From assembly GCA_964348725.1 (NCBI GenBank), contig CAYGDG010000004.1:2133-66132 (forward strand): a stretch of 64,000 bases of DNA. The letters are read 5' to 3'. The stretch is from an uncultured Candidatus Saccharibacteria bacterium (lineage in GTDB: Bacteria > Patescibacteriota > Minisyncoccia > Phycocordibacterales > UBA9973). Numbering within the stretch: the first letter of the stretch is position 1; each line of letters begins with the position of its first letter. A program made the position numbers and the translations under genes. The notes under the pieces were generated by a model. It was not told where the DNA came from, searched no databases, and saw only the letters and a program-made list of their open reading frames with translations. Positions 9,052 to 18,088 of this stretch are shown here, one piece after another.

Positions 9052-9427
9052 AAAACTAATTCTGGTTAATTACTGCAGCCAGTCCGACTAATTTGGCTGG
9101 TTCGGTAAAAATAAAAAGCAAGAGTCCCTCTGACTCCGCTTTTTAATGAGATTTTGGTCTTTTTATTGGCGGCATCAGAGGTGAAGATTCTATTGGGTGC
9201 AAAAATTTGTTGAAATTGTTGTTGACCCTCCGATTTCTAACTTTTGTTTTTAGTTTTAGTGAACTACCCTTTAAGTATAGCATATTCCAGCACAAAATGC
9301 AAGCCGCTTTTCAGCATTTTTACATCGGTAACCCTGAAAACCAGCCCCCATTTCAGCTAATCGCGACCTTCTTTATAATTCCTTTATTTTGATTGTGTAA
9401 GATATGCTTGGGGAGTATAATGATATT

Positions 9428-9907
9428 ATGAATAAAGAACTTTTGGAAAAGATAACGGTATTTTTGAGCATACAGAAGAACAAGCTCGGAGCGGTGAGCA
9501 CGGTAAATGCCGATGGCGGGCCGGAGTCGGCGCTGGTGTATTTTACTTTTGATAATGACCTCAATTTTTATTTCGCCACCCGCGACAACAGCCGCAAGTA
9601 TCAGAACCTCATCCAGAATCCGAAAGTCGCCTTCGTGATGGGGCAGGACAATCCGCCGCAGACGCTCCAGCTGGAAGGCATCGCCAGCGTCATCCGGGAT
9701 GTGGAAGGGCAGAAGCACCTTTTTCCGGAGCTGGTGGGGCTCGCTTCCGCCAAGAATTTTTCCGCGCCCATCAGCCAGATGTCTACCGGCGGACTGCAGT
9801 TCGTGAAGATCGCGCCCACCTGGCTGCGCCTCGGGAATTTTGAAGTCCGCAAGCACGAGGATACTTTTCAGGAAATAAAAAAAGAATCTTCCGATGAAAA
9901 TAAATAA
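9428..9907 (+). CDS. pyridoxamine 5'-phosphate oxidase-family (FMN-binding split-barrel) protein
   Basis: ATG at 9428 (MNKELLEK). LGAVSTVNADGGPESALVYFTFDNDLNFYFATRDNSRKYQNLIQNPKVAF is typical of the PNPOx-like / general stress protein 26 fold. Confidence 0.6.
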   Translation: MNKELLEKITVFLSIQKNKLGAVSTVNADGGPESALVYFTFDNDLNFYFATRDNSRKYQNLIQNPKVAFVMGQDNPPQTLQLEGIASVIRDVEGQKHLFPELVGLASAKNFSAPISQMSTGGLQFVKIAPTWLRLGNFEVRKHEDTFQEIKKESSDENK

Positions 9908-10370
9908 CATCTTGCGCGCCGCTCTGGCTATACTCATCTGTGAACTGGCCGGCATTCTCGGCTCAGTCTTTACTGTCTCGGCAATTCCGAACTGGTATGA
10001 AGGCATCGTGAAGCCGGCGCTGAATCCGCCCGGCTGGGTTTTCGGCCCGGTGTGGACTTTACTGTACGCTCTGATGGGCATCTCGGCATTCCTCGTCTGG
10101 CGGCAGGGTTGGGGCAGGAAAGACGTGAAAAAAGCGCTCCGCATATTCGCTTTCCAGCTCGGCTTCAACGCTATCTGGTCCGTCATCTTTTTCGGCATGC
10201 ACAATCCGGGGCTAGCGCTCGCGGACATCGTGCTCCTGTGGCTGTACATCGCCTGGACGATAATTCTTTTCTACAAAATTTCCAAGCCCGCCGCATACCT
10301 GCTCATCCCGTATATCCTCTGGGTCAGCTTTGCGACCTATCTCAATTATTCCATCTGGATTTTGAATTAG
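9894..10370 (+). CDS. tspO: TspO/MBR family tryptophan-rich sensory protein
   Basis: PNWYEGIVKPALNPPGWVFGPVWTLLYALMGISAFLVW and five TM helices: the classic TspO signature. Confidence 0.8.
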   Translation: MKINNILRAALAILICELAGILGSVFTVSAIPNWYEGIVKPALNPPGWVFGPVWTLLYALMGISAFLVWRQGWGRKDVKKALRIFAFQLGFNAIWSVIFFGMHNPGLALADIVLLWLYIAWTIILFYKISKPAAYLLIPYILWVSFATYLNYSIWILN

Positions 10371-10416
10371 CGTGATATACTTGAGTCATTAGAAGTCATA
10401 GTAAAAATATACATAT

Positions 10417-10827
10417 ATGCAAATCACAATAAATTTTTGGGCAGTGTTGATCGCCGCTATCGTGAATATCGTCGTTGGTTCGCTGTGGTACGGTCCGCTC
10501 TTTGGCAAGATGTGGAAAGGGCTGATGGGCTTTACCGATGAATCAATGAAATCAATGAAGCTCTCCGCCGCGCACGCGATGGTCGGCGGCCTTATCACCG
10601 CGCTCGTCATGGCGTATGTTCTCAATCACTTCGCCGTGCTCACCGGCGTAGTCGGCTTGGACGGCGCGTGGCAGCTGGCATTCTGGATCTGGCTCGGCTT
10701 TATGATGACCGTCTCCGCCGGTTCGTTCCTGTGGGAAGGCAAGCCGCTGAAATTGTTTCTCTTGAATGCCGGTCAGCAGCTCGTGTCCATTTTCCTGATG
10801 GCTGTGGTGCTGGTGCTTTGGAAGTAA
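10417..10827 (+). CDS. DUF1761-family membrane protein
   Basis: GSLWYGPLFGKMW motif. Four TM helices. Confidence 0.55.
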   Translation: MQITINFWAVLIAAIVNIVVGSLWYGPLFGKMWKGLMGFTDESMKSMKLSAAHAMVGGLITALVMAYVLNHFAVLTGVVGLDGAWQLAFWIWLGFMMTVSAGSFLWEGKPLKLFLLNAGQQLVSIFLMAVVLVLWK

Positions 10828-10837
10828 TTTCTGCATT

Positions 10838-10873
10838 CACCCTCTCCTTAATAAGGAGAGGGCAGGGTGAGGT
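10838..10873 (+). repeat. palindromic element copy A (CACCCTCTCCTTAATAAGGAGAGGGCAGGGTGAGGTG), intergenic, 10 nt upstream of the msrB ATG
   Basis: A 10-bp perfect inverted repeat (CCCTCTCCTT / AAGGAGAGGG) with a 3-nt loop, followed by CAGGGTGAGGT. Near-identical to copy B at 61264..61298. Confidence 0.8.
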
Positions 10874-10882
10874 GAATTTCAC

Positions 10883-11275
10883 ATGTCAGAAATAAATAAA
10901 AGCGAAGAAGAATGGAAGCGCGAGCTCTCGCCGGAGGAATATAAAATCCTGCGCGAGAAGGGAACGGAAGCGCCGTTTACCGGGGAATACGATAAATTCT
11001 TTGAGAACGGGATGTATCGCTGTGCCGCCTGCGGCGCGGAGCTCTTTGATTCGTCTCGCAAGTACGATTCCGGCTGCGGCTGGCCCGCCTTTGATGAAGC
11101 CCTGCTCGGTGCCGTAAAATTCACCGAGGACAACACCCTCGGTATGCGCCGCATAGAAGCCACCTGCACAAACTGCGGCGGCCACCTCGGCCATGTATTC
11201 CCGGACGGCCCGAAAAATACCACCGGGCAAAGATTTTGCATAAATTCCCGTTCGCTGAAATTCAAAAATAAATGA
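10883..11275 (+). CDS. msrB: peptide-methionine (R)-S-oxide reductase MsrB
   Basis: [22 protein letters not shown] ... [21 protein letters not shown]: SelR/MsrB catalytic motifs and a zinc CxxC pair. Confidence 0.9.
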   Translation: MSEINKSEEEWKRELSPEEYKILREKGTEAPFTGEYDKFFENGMYRCAACGAELFDSSRKYDSGCGWPAFDEALLGAVKFTEDNTLGMRRIEATCTNCGGHLGHVFPDGPKNTTGQRFCINSRSLKFKNK

Positions 11276-11853
11276 CAACCATTCTAATTATTTTCTTTTC
11301 TTCAATTTCGTACCTCATCGGTTTTTACGCTATCGTAAAAAAAGGATATCGCCCGAGCTTGTTTACCAGAATGGTATGGCTCGCTCTTGCCCTGAACAAT
11401 CTGTATAGCGTCATAAAATTGGGAAATGAAATACCCACTATCTCCCTTGCGTGGGTCACATTCCTCGGCTCATTATTGATTCTTATCGGCAGTATTTTCA
11501 AAGGCGAACGGACTTTCGGCAGGAATGAAAAAATTGCCAGCGTGCTCCTGGTGGCGAGCTTGCTCCTTTGGCTGTATGGAGGAATACCAATTATTAACCT
11601 CCTGATCGGACTCATCGCGCATCTTATCGGCTCAATCCCGACAGTCGTGCGAGCAGTCAAAGAACCCGAAAGCGAAAATATTCCTTTTTGGTTTTTCTTT
11701 GCCTTGGGTAGTCTCATTGCTTTCCTCTCTACAGATAATTCCTCTTTCAAAGGGTATATATTTATACTCTACTTCTTGATTTTTGACAGCGCGATGGTTA
11801 TGCTCTCTTTGCGAAGGTATATAAAGAATGGAAAAGATAATTCTCTTAAATAA
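11272..11853 (+). CDS. hypothetical 6-TM membrane protein (paralog of 5175..5768)
   Basis: Same length and hydropathy layout as 5175..5768. Overlaps the msrB stop (ATGA). Confidence 0.45.
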   Translation: MTTILIIFFSSISYLIGFYAIVKKGYRPSLFTRMVWLALALNNLYSVIKLGNEIPTISLAWVTFLGSLLILIGSIFKGERTFGRNEKIASVLLVASLLLWLYGGIPIINLLIGLIAHLIGSIPTVVRAVKEPESENIPFWFFFALGSLIAFLSTDNSSFKGYIFILYFLIFDSAMVMLSLRRYIKNGKDNSLK

Positions 11854-12595
11854 AAAGGAAGGCGAAACTCCGCTGGAAGCGCTGGAGCTTTTTCGCCGCA
11901 AGCATAGAGAATACAAAGATGTACCGATGACCTATGCGGGCAGGTTAGACCCGATGGCTTCGGGGCTTCTGATAATTCTCGCGGGGGAGGAATGCAAGAA
12001 GAAAGAAAAATACCTCGCCCTGCCGAAAGAGTACGAATTTGAAATCCTGTTCGGTTTTGCCACGGATACGTATGATATTTTGGGGAAAATGCAACACAAA
12101 GGACATACTGACAAACTGGAGTATGTTGGTATGTTAGAATTAGAAAAAAAGATAAAAGAAAGCCTGAAATATTTCCGCGGAAAAATCACGCAAACATATC
12201 CGGCATATTCTTCACGCACGGTAAAAGGCAAACCATTATTCGCATACGCTCGCGCGGGGGAGGAAGTGGAACTGCCGGAGAGGGAAGTAATGGTGAAGAA
12301 ATTGGAATTTTTAAAATTACGGAAAATCAGCGCGGGAAAACTTTTGGTTAATATTGAAAAAAGGATAAAGAAAGTACAGGGCGATTTCCGGCAGAAAGAA
12401 ATTTTGAAAATATGGAAAGGGGAGCTCCGCCGCAAAAAATCGGAACGATTTTTTGCGGCTTCTTTTCGCATTTCCTGCTCCTCCGGCACATATGTCCGCA
12501 CCATCGCAAATGACCTCGGCACAAAGATGGGCATACCCGCGCTCGCTTTTTCCATCAGGCGTACAAAATTAGGCAAATGGAAGGAAATACTTTAG
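11828..12595 (+). CDS. truB: tRNA pseudouridine(55) synthase TruB (short form)
   Basis: YAGRLDPMASGLLIIL catalytic Asp motif. TruB_N-type layout. 255 aa. Confidence 0.8.
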   Translation: MEKIILLNKKEGETPLEALELFRRKHREYKDVPMTYAGRLDPMASGLLIILAGEECKKKEKYLALPKEYEFEILFGFATDTYDILGKMQHKGHTDKLEYVGMLELEKKIKESLKYFRGKITQTYPAYSSRTVKGKPLFAYARAGEEVELPEREVMVKKLEFLKLRKISAGKLLVNIEKRIKKVQGDFRQKEILKIWKGELRRKKSERFFAASFRISCSSGTYVRTIANDLGTKMGIPALAFSIRRTKLGKWKEIL

Positions 12596-12604
12596 AATAT
12601 CGGT

Positions 12605-13204
12605 GTGCAAAATATTAATGAGATAATCATTCAAAACTTGTTTTCTCTGCCTGTTTGGGCGGTAAATTTTTTCATACTTCTGCTTGCGTACATTGAAAGC
12701 CTGCCGATAATCACGATATTTTTCCCCGGTATGATGGTCGCGCTCATAATTGGGAGCTTCACACAGACCGGAGAAATTTCTCCTTTCCTAGCAATCAATC
12801 TCATAGCGCTCGGAAGTTTTTTAGGCGATGTCACAAGCCTATATTTAGGTCCTAAGCTTTTAAAGATTCCCTGGTTTAAAAAATTCATTGAGAAAGAAAA
12901 ATATCAGAAACACTGGGCTTTGTTTGATAAGCACATCGCCTGGATACTTATTTTAAGCAAGGTGTTGCCATTTATTCGCTCAACACCGTCATTATTTGCC
13001 GGCGCGCGAAATATTTCCAAGACAAAGTATTTTCTCTACACGTTGATCGGTTCATATCTATGGTCGGCTCTCGCAATTCTGGGAGGAAGTTTTCTTGGCA
13101 AGATTTTCGGCGCACTAGTAATTCCAGTAATTATTCTCGTCTTTGTTTTAATAGGAATCATTACCTATCTGTATAACAATAAGACAAGTGGGCAAGGGAA
13201 GTAA
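12605..13204 (+). CDS. DedA/VTT-family membrane protein
   Basis: AYIESLPIITIFFPG ... GDVTSLYLG and VLPFIRSTPSLFAGARNISKTKYFLYTLIGSYLWSA match the DedA signature regions. Confidence 0.6.
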   Translation: MQNINEIIIQNLFSLPVWAVNFFILLLAYIESLPIITIFFPGMMVALIIGSFTQTGEISPFLAINLIALGSFLGDVTSLYLGPKLLKIPWFKKFIEKEKYQKHWALFDKHIAWILILSKVLPFIRSTPSLFAGARNISKTKYFLYTLIGSYLWSALAILGGSFLGKIFGALVIPVIILVFVLIGIITYLYNNKTSGQGK

Positions 13205-13223
13205 ATTATAGTAGTATATAGGA

Positions 13224-14138
13224 ATGCTATCCGCGATTTTTACTATAGTCGGTTTGTCCTTATTTGAGGCGGTTTCGTCCGTGGACAATGCCATCATAAA
13301 TGCCGAAGTATTATCCACAATGGGGCAGAAGGCGCGCCGGTGGTTTTTGACTTGGGGAATGTTCATCGCGGTATTTGCGGTGCGCGGGCTTCTGCCTTTC
13401 GGAATCATCTGGGCATTTAATACTTCGCTCACGCCTTTGCAAGTCATCTCCGCCGCGTGGTCTTCCGATCCTCTGGTCGTGGAGTCAATCCAAAAATCCG
13501 CTCCTATCCTGCTGGTAGCCGGCGGCGTGTTCCTGCTCTTCCTCTTTCTCCACTGGCTTTTCTTGGAAGACAAGAAGCTCGGCTTGCCGCGCGCGGAAAA
13601 ATTCTTTATGGAAAAAGGTATCTGGTTTTATGCCACGGTTTCCATCCTGCTCGCTGTCATCGCTTGGTTCGCCTTACAGGAGAGCAACTTGATGGGCTTC
13701 GGCGCAGTCATCGGCTCCACGCTCTTTTTCATCACGCACGGCTTCAAGCAGAATGCCGAAATGCAGGAGAAAAAATTGCTCGGCTCGGCGCATTCCGACC
13801 TTTCAAAACTTTTCTTTTTGGAAATTATTGATACCACTTTTTCCATTGACGGCGTGCTCGGCGCATTCGCTTTCACCCTTTCCATCCCGCTCATCCTCAT
13901 CGGAAACGGCTTCGGCGCGCTCCTCGTAAGGCAGCTCACTATCCACAATATTGAACGCATCAAGAAATATGTGTACCTAAAGAACGGCGCGATGTATTCC
14001 ATCCTCGTGCTTGGCGTGGTGATGGTCCTGCACGCTTTCGGCTTCCACATCCCGGAATGGGTTTCTCCGCTTTCCACTGTAGTCATCATCGGCGGATTCT
14101 TCTGGAAATCAAAAATAGAACTCAAAAATGCCAAATAA
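13224..14138 (+). CDS. DUF475/TerC-like integral membrane protein
   Basis: Two internal repeats, each with an (F/V)S(V/I)D(N/G) motif (EAVSSVDNAIINAEVL and DTTFSIDGVLGAFAF). Polytopic. Confidence 0.55.
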   Translation: MLSAIFTIVGLSLFEAVSSVDNAIINAEVLSTMGQKARRWFLTWGMFIAVFAVRGLLPFGIIWAFNTSLTPLQVISAAWSSDPLVVESIQKSAPILLVAGGVFLLFLFLHWLFLEDKKLGLPRAEKFFMEKGIWFYATVSILLAVIAWFALQESNLMGFGAVIGSTLFFITHGFKQNAEMQEKKLLGSAHSDLSKLFFLEIIDTTFSIDGVLGAFAFTLSIPLILIGNGFGALLVRQLTIHNIERIKKYVYLKNGAMYSILVLGVVMVLHAFGFHIPEWVSPLSTVVIIGGFFWKSKIELKNAK

Positions 14139-17133
14139 AGATTTTAGTGAAGAATATAACCAATTAAACAAAGCTCAAAAGGAAGCCGTGGACGCCATTG
14201 ATGGTCCGGTGATGGTAGTCGCCGGGCCGGGCACGGGGAAGACGCAGATTCTGGCTCTGCGCATCGCGAATATTCTGACGAAGACGGACACGAAGGCGGA
14301 CGGCATCTTGTGCCTCACCTTTACAAATGCTGGCGTGAAAGCGATGCGCCAGCGCCTACGCGCGTATATCGGCGCGGAAGCGAGTAAGGTGAAAGTGGCG
14401 ACCTTCCATAGCTTCGGTATGGAGATGGTGGAAAAATATTTCGCCGCGCTGGACTTACCCGAAGCGCCGCAGCTGATGGATGAAAAGGATTCCGTGGCAT
14501 TGTGCGATTCCATTCTGCACAGCCGCGACTGGGCTCAAATCCGCCCGCGCTCGGATGCTTCGCGATATTTTCGTGATTTGAAATCATTGATTTCGCTCCT
14601 GAAGCGCGAGCGCCTCGCGCCGGAAATCTTTGCCGCCGAAGTGCGCGCCGAAATACAATCCATACAAGAAGACCCAGAAAATATTTCTTCGCGCGGAGCG
14701 ACAAAAGGCGAATTGAAGAAAGACGCCCTCGCGAAAATGGATTCGCTTTCGCGCACGCTGGAAGCCGTAGAATTTTACGGACTGTACGAAGAAGCGAAAA
14801 AAGAGAAGAACGCATTTGATTATGACGATGTGCTGGAAGCATTAGTGAAGATAGTGGAATTATCAGAGGAATCAGGCTATTTTATCAGAGAAAATTATCA
14901 GTATATTTTGATAGACGAGCACCAGGATTCCTCCGGCGTGCAGAACGAATTTTTGGACAAAGTATGGGGCGGGGAAGAAATGCCTAATATTTTCGTCGTC
15001 GGCGATGACCGCCAGCTCATTTACGGCTTCGGCGGCGCATCATTGGAATACTTTGAAAATTTCAAGCACGCATTCGGCAAAGCGAAATTCATCACCCTGA
15101 CGGAAAACTACCGCTCCACCGCGCCGATTTTGGAAGCCGCGCATTCGCTTTTGCAAAGCTCTATCACGAAAGAGAAATTGCAGAGCCAGAGCAAGGAAAA
15201 ACATCCACTCCGCATTTTTGAATGCGACTATCCGCGCGATGAGATAATTCTGGCGGGCATAGAGATGAAAGAACGCCTTGCCAAAGGGGAAGACAAGAAC
15301 GAGATGTCCATTCTTTTGCCGAAGAATCGCCAAGTGCGCAGTGCGGTGGCGATATTGCGCGATATGGGCTTGCCTGTTTCTTCCGGCGAATCGCTGAACT
15401 TCTTTGATTCCTCTGAAGCGCGGGCGATAATTCGCGTGCTCAAAATAATCGCCGACCCGCACGATGGCGCGGCGCTTGCCGAAAGCTTTTTTGATACATT
15501 GTCCGGCATCGCGCCGCTGGATGCGCATAAATTCCTGCGCACGGTTAAGATGCGCGAATTTTCTTTGGCAAATACCACAGAGGAGAAATCCCTTTTCGGA
15601 AATGCCATTGCCGACTGGCTCGCCAAGCTCCGCTCGTGGCTCGCTGTTTCAGGCACGCTGTCCGCATATTCCCTCATCCAGCACATCGGTACGGAATTCT
15701 TGTTGAACACCGCGAAGAATCATGACGAATTAGTACGCCGCGTGGAAGTAATTCGCACCGTGCTTCATCTCGCGCTCGCGCAAATGGAAAAACAGCCGAA
15801 GCAAAAGCTTTCTGATTTTCTCGCTTTCATAGACCGCCTGGAATCATACGGCGAACACATCCCATTGTCCGTTTTCTCCGCCGACGAAGGCATCAAAGTG
15901 CTCACGCTCCACGGCTCAAAGGGCTTGGAATTTGATTATGTGTGGATAGCGCATATGGATGAAAAATCTTTGGCGGGTTCGGCGAACCGCGGCTTCGCAT
16001 TGCCCGCGCGCATAGAAGAAAAAAAAGAACAGAAAGATGAAATGGTGCTGAAGCGCCAGCTGTATGTCGCCATCACTCGCGCAAAAAGATTTTGCACGCT
16101 GTCGTACCCGGTGCATTCGTACACGGGAGGGGATTTGGAGCTCGCACATATCATCGCCGACTTGTCCGCCACGGCGGATAAACCGGAAGGAATTTTTGAA
16201 AAGAAAAATAAAGATGAGACGGAGGGAATGATATTGAAGCACGACCCGAAGGTATACATTGCAAGCAAAAAAGAAGAAAAAGAAAATACTGGTTTGGCAG
16301 AATTGGCAAAACTTGTCGCCAAGGATTACGAAGACAGAAAAGTGTCCGTGTCTTTGCTCAATAACTTTTTTGAATGTCCGTGGAAATGGTACTTCAGGAA
16401 TTTGCTTCAGCTTCCAGAGCCGGAAACAGCGAGCTTGGAATTTGGAAATGCCGTGCACGCGTCCATAGATAAGATTTTGAAAACTCCCGGCACGCCGAGC
16501 GCCAAAGAAATAGAAAACATAGTCACCGAAGCGGTAGAAAAAAGCAAAGTATCCCTCAGCCAGAAAGAAGTGCTCTCGCTCGTGCAGTATTGGGCAAAGA
16601 ACCGCCTGCCGGAAATCAGCACAAACAGGAAAAATGAAGAGCCTGTGCCCGTCTCGGATGAACGCTTCCCACATCTGTCCATTTACGGAAAAATTGACCT
16701 GATAGAAATTTTAGATAAGGAAGCCGTGCGCGTCACCGACTTCAAAACCGGCAGCGCCAAGAAAAAAAGCGAGATAGAAGGCCGCGTTTCAGTGGACGGT
16801 ACGCGGCATGATTCCGCTGAATCAGACAGAGGGCGGCTTTCAAACCTGATGCGCCAGCTGGCGATGTATTCATATTTGCTTTCCAATAATGCAAAATGGA
16901 AAAAAGATGTGCGCGAAAGCCGCCTGGAATTTGTGGAATCAAAAGACGCCAACAATTTTTACAATACCGTCATTCAGCCGGAGCACATTTCACTCCTCGT
17001 GCAGGATATCGCGGACTATGACACCCTACTCAAATCAGGGCAGTGGCTTTCTCGCCCGTGCAATTTTAAATCCTACGGCAAAGCCGACGCTGTGTGTGAG
17101 TATTGCAAACGAGGAGGAATCTATAAGCAATAA
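14128..17133 (+). CDS. UvrD/PcrA-like superfamily-1 helicase fused to a C-terminal Fe-S PD-(D/E)xK (RecB/AddB/Cas4-type) nuclease domain
   Basis: Walker A VVAGPGTGKTQILALRIA. Motif II ILIDEHQDSS. VVGDDRQLIYGFGGA. Helicase C-terminal motifs LTLHGSKGLEFDYVWI and VAITRAK. The C-terminus has CPWKWYF ... IDLIEI ... DFKTGS ... and the cysteine triad CNFKSYGKADAVCEYC. Confidence 0.8.
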   Translation: MPNKDFSEEYNQLNKAQKEAVDAIDGPVMVVAGPGTGKTQILALRIANILTKTDTKADGILCLTFTNAGVKAMRQRLRAYIGAEASKVKVATFHSFGMEMVEKYFAALDLPEAPQLMDEKDSVALCDSILHSRDWAQIRPRSDASRYFRDLKSLISLLKRERLAPEIFAAEVRAEIQSIQEDPENISSRGATKGELKKDALAKMDSLSRTLEAVEFYGLYEEAKKEKNAFDYDDVLEALVKIVELSEESGYFIRENYQYILIDEHQDSSGVQNEFLDKVWGGEEMPNIFVVGDDRQLIYGFGGASLEYFENFKHAFGKAKFITLTENYRSTAPILEAAHSLLQSSITKEKLQSQSKEKHPLRIFECDYPRDEIILAGIEMKERLAKGEDKNEMSILLPKNRQVRSAVAILRDMGLPVSSGESLNFFDSSEARAIIRVLKIIADPHDGAALAESFFDTLSGIAPLDAHKFLRTVKMREFSLANTTEEKSLFGNAIADWLAKLRSWLAVSGTLSAYSLIQHIGTEFLLNTAKNHDELVRRVEVIRTVLHLALAQMEKQPKQKLSDFLAFIDRLESYGEHIPLSVFSADEGIKVLTLHGSKGLEFDYVWIAHMDEKSLAGSANRGFALPARIEEKKEQKDEMVLKRQLYVAITRAKRFCTLSYPVHSYTGGDLELAHIIADLSATADKPEGIFEKKNKDETEGMILKHDPKVYIASKKEEKENTGLAELAKLVAKDYEDRKVSVSLLNNFFECPWKWYFRNLLQLPEPETASLEFGNAVHASIDKILKTPGTPSAKEIENIVTEAVEKSKVSLSQKEVLSLVQYWAKNRLPEISTNRKNEEPVPVSDERFPHLSIYGKIDLIEILDKEAVRVTDFKTGSAKKKSEIEGRVSVDGTRHDSAESDRGRLSNLMRQLAMYSYLLSNNAKWKKDVRESRLEFVESKDANNFYNTVIQPEHISLLVQDIADYDTLLKSGQWLSRPCNFKSYGKADAVCEYCKRGGIYKQ

Positions 17134-17139
17134 TTATTT

Positions 17140-17171
17140 GTAACATTTTCTGCGATAGCAGAGATTGTTAC
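17140..17171 (+). promoter_or_regulatory. 32-nt palindrome copy 1 (GTAACATTTTCTGCGATAGCAGAGATTGTTAC): putative operator and/or terminator
   Basis: Outer inverted repeat GTAACA/TGTTAC plus inner CTGCGATAGCAG. Identical to copy 2. Followed by a T-run. Confidence 0.5.
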
Positions 17172-17296
17172 ATTTAGATATTTTTTATTACTTTTTTATC
17201 AAATATTTAAGAAGGTTTTTTATAATCCCTTCAAATCAGTTATGAGGTAGCCGAAAATCACAAAAAGAGTAGGCATACAAATTTAATATTTTAGCT

Positions 17297-17980
17297 ATGA
17301 AAAAAGTTTTGTTCTTTGTAATTATTTTGGCTATTGCTCCGCCTCTGTCTGCGCAAGTGCACATAGAGGCTCTGGATTTTCCGACAGCTATGACAGTGCC
17401 CGGAGAGAATCAGATGTTTGCTCGGTATCAGATCGCGTCCGATTCAAATTCGGCATATCTGTATATGGATACCTGCAATATGCTTTTCTACGATTTCGGG
17501 AATTTCTCGGGGATGTCCCTGCGGAATGTCAGGCTGTTCGTAGACGGCGAGGAAAGATTGATGCAGATGACGATGCCCGGTGATTTCTGGCAATTTTATC
17601 CGAGCATATTGCTCGGTTTTCCGTATGGCTTTGCGGACACGGCGCAGATTCATTTTCTGGCTGATCTGCCGGACACGCTCGGTGATGACTTCATCCCCTC
17701 CGTAGGCGATTCGCTGTATGCGAGTATCCATTGCAGCTGTCATTATGTTACAGGCACCGGCTCTTTTGCCACCAATGAAGCCATCAGCCAGACTGTCTTC
17801 GTGACGTCTTCCTCCGTCGGAATTGCGCAACCTTCGCCGCAAAATTTCTCCGAGCGCCAAAATGCTCGCTTCTTTGATATCTTAGGCAGAGAAATCAGCC
17901 GAAGCAATCTGGAAAATCTCCCGCCCGGCGTGTACATCTGGCGGAGTGACCGCTTGGCAGGGAAAATCCTCGTGCGGTAA
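17297..17980 (+). CDS. secreted protein with a T9SS (Por)-type C-terminal sorting-domain-like tail
   Basis: Signal peptide MKKVLFFVIILAIAPPLSAQ. The C-terminus FFDILGREISRSNLENLPPGVYIWRSDRLAGKILVR resembles the Por_Secre_tail consensus (..D..GR.V......LP.GVYI......GK..K.LV). Confidence 0.5.
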   Translation: MKKVLFFVIILAIAPPLSAQVHIEALDFPTAMTVPGENQMFARYQIASDSNSAYLYMDTCNMLFYDFGNFSGMSLRNVRLFVDGEERLMQMTMPGDFWQFYPSILLGFPYGFADTAQIHFLADLPDTLGDDFIPSVGDSLYASIHCSCHYVTGTGSFATNEAISQTVFVTSSSVGIAQPSPQNFSERQNARFFDILGREISRSNLENLPPGVYIWRSDRLAGKILVR

Positions 17981-18034
17981 AAATTACTCGCGAGAAAAGC
18001 CATCGGGAACGGTGGCTTTCTTTTTACCAAGAAT

Positions 18035-18066
18035 GTAACATTTTCTGCGATAGCAGAGATTGTTAC
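18035..18066 (+). promoter_or_regulatory. 32-nt palindrome copy 2, immediately upstream of a TATAAT and the PaaX-like gene
   Basis: Identical to copy 1. Followed by ATCTAATCACACCTATAATAATATG, so it overlaps the likely promoter of 18089..18571. Confidence 0.5.
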
Positions 18067-18088
18067 ATCTAATCACACCTATAATAAT

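Noticed and set aside
9207-9392. 61-aa ORF in the long intergenic region
   Set aside because: AT-rich and low-complexity, with no RBS or conservation evidence. Treated as non-coding.
9353-10249. 298-aa minus-strand ORF overlapping the PNPOx-family and TspO genes
   Set aside because: Antisense shadow ORF in GC-rich coding sequence. Both plus-strand genes have clear family signatures, and the minus ORF has none.
15916-16674. Minus-strand ORFs (252 aa, 128 aa and others) inside the helicase-nuclease gene
   Set aside because: Low-complexity shadow ORFs. The plus-strand frame carries all SF1 helicase motifs.
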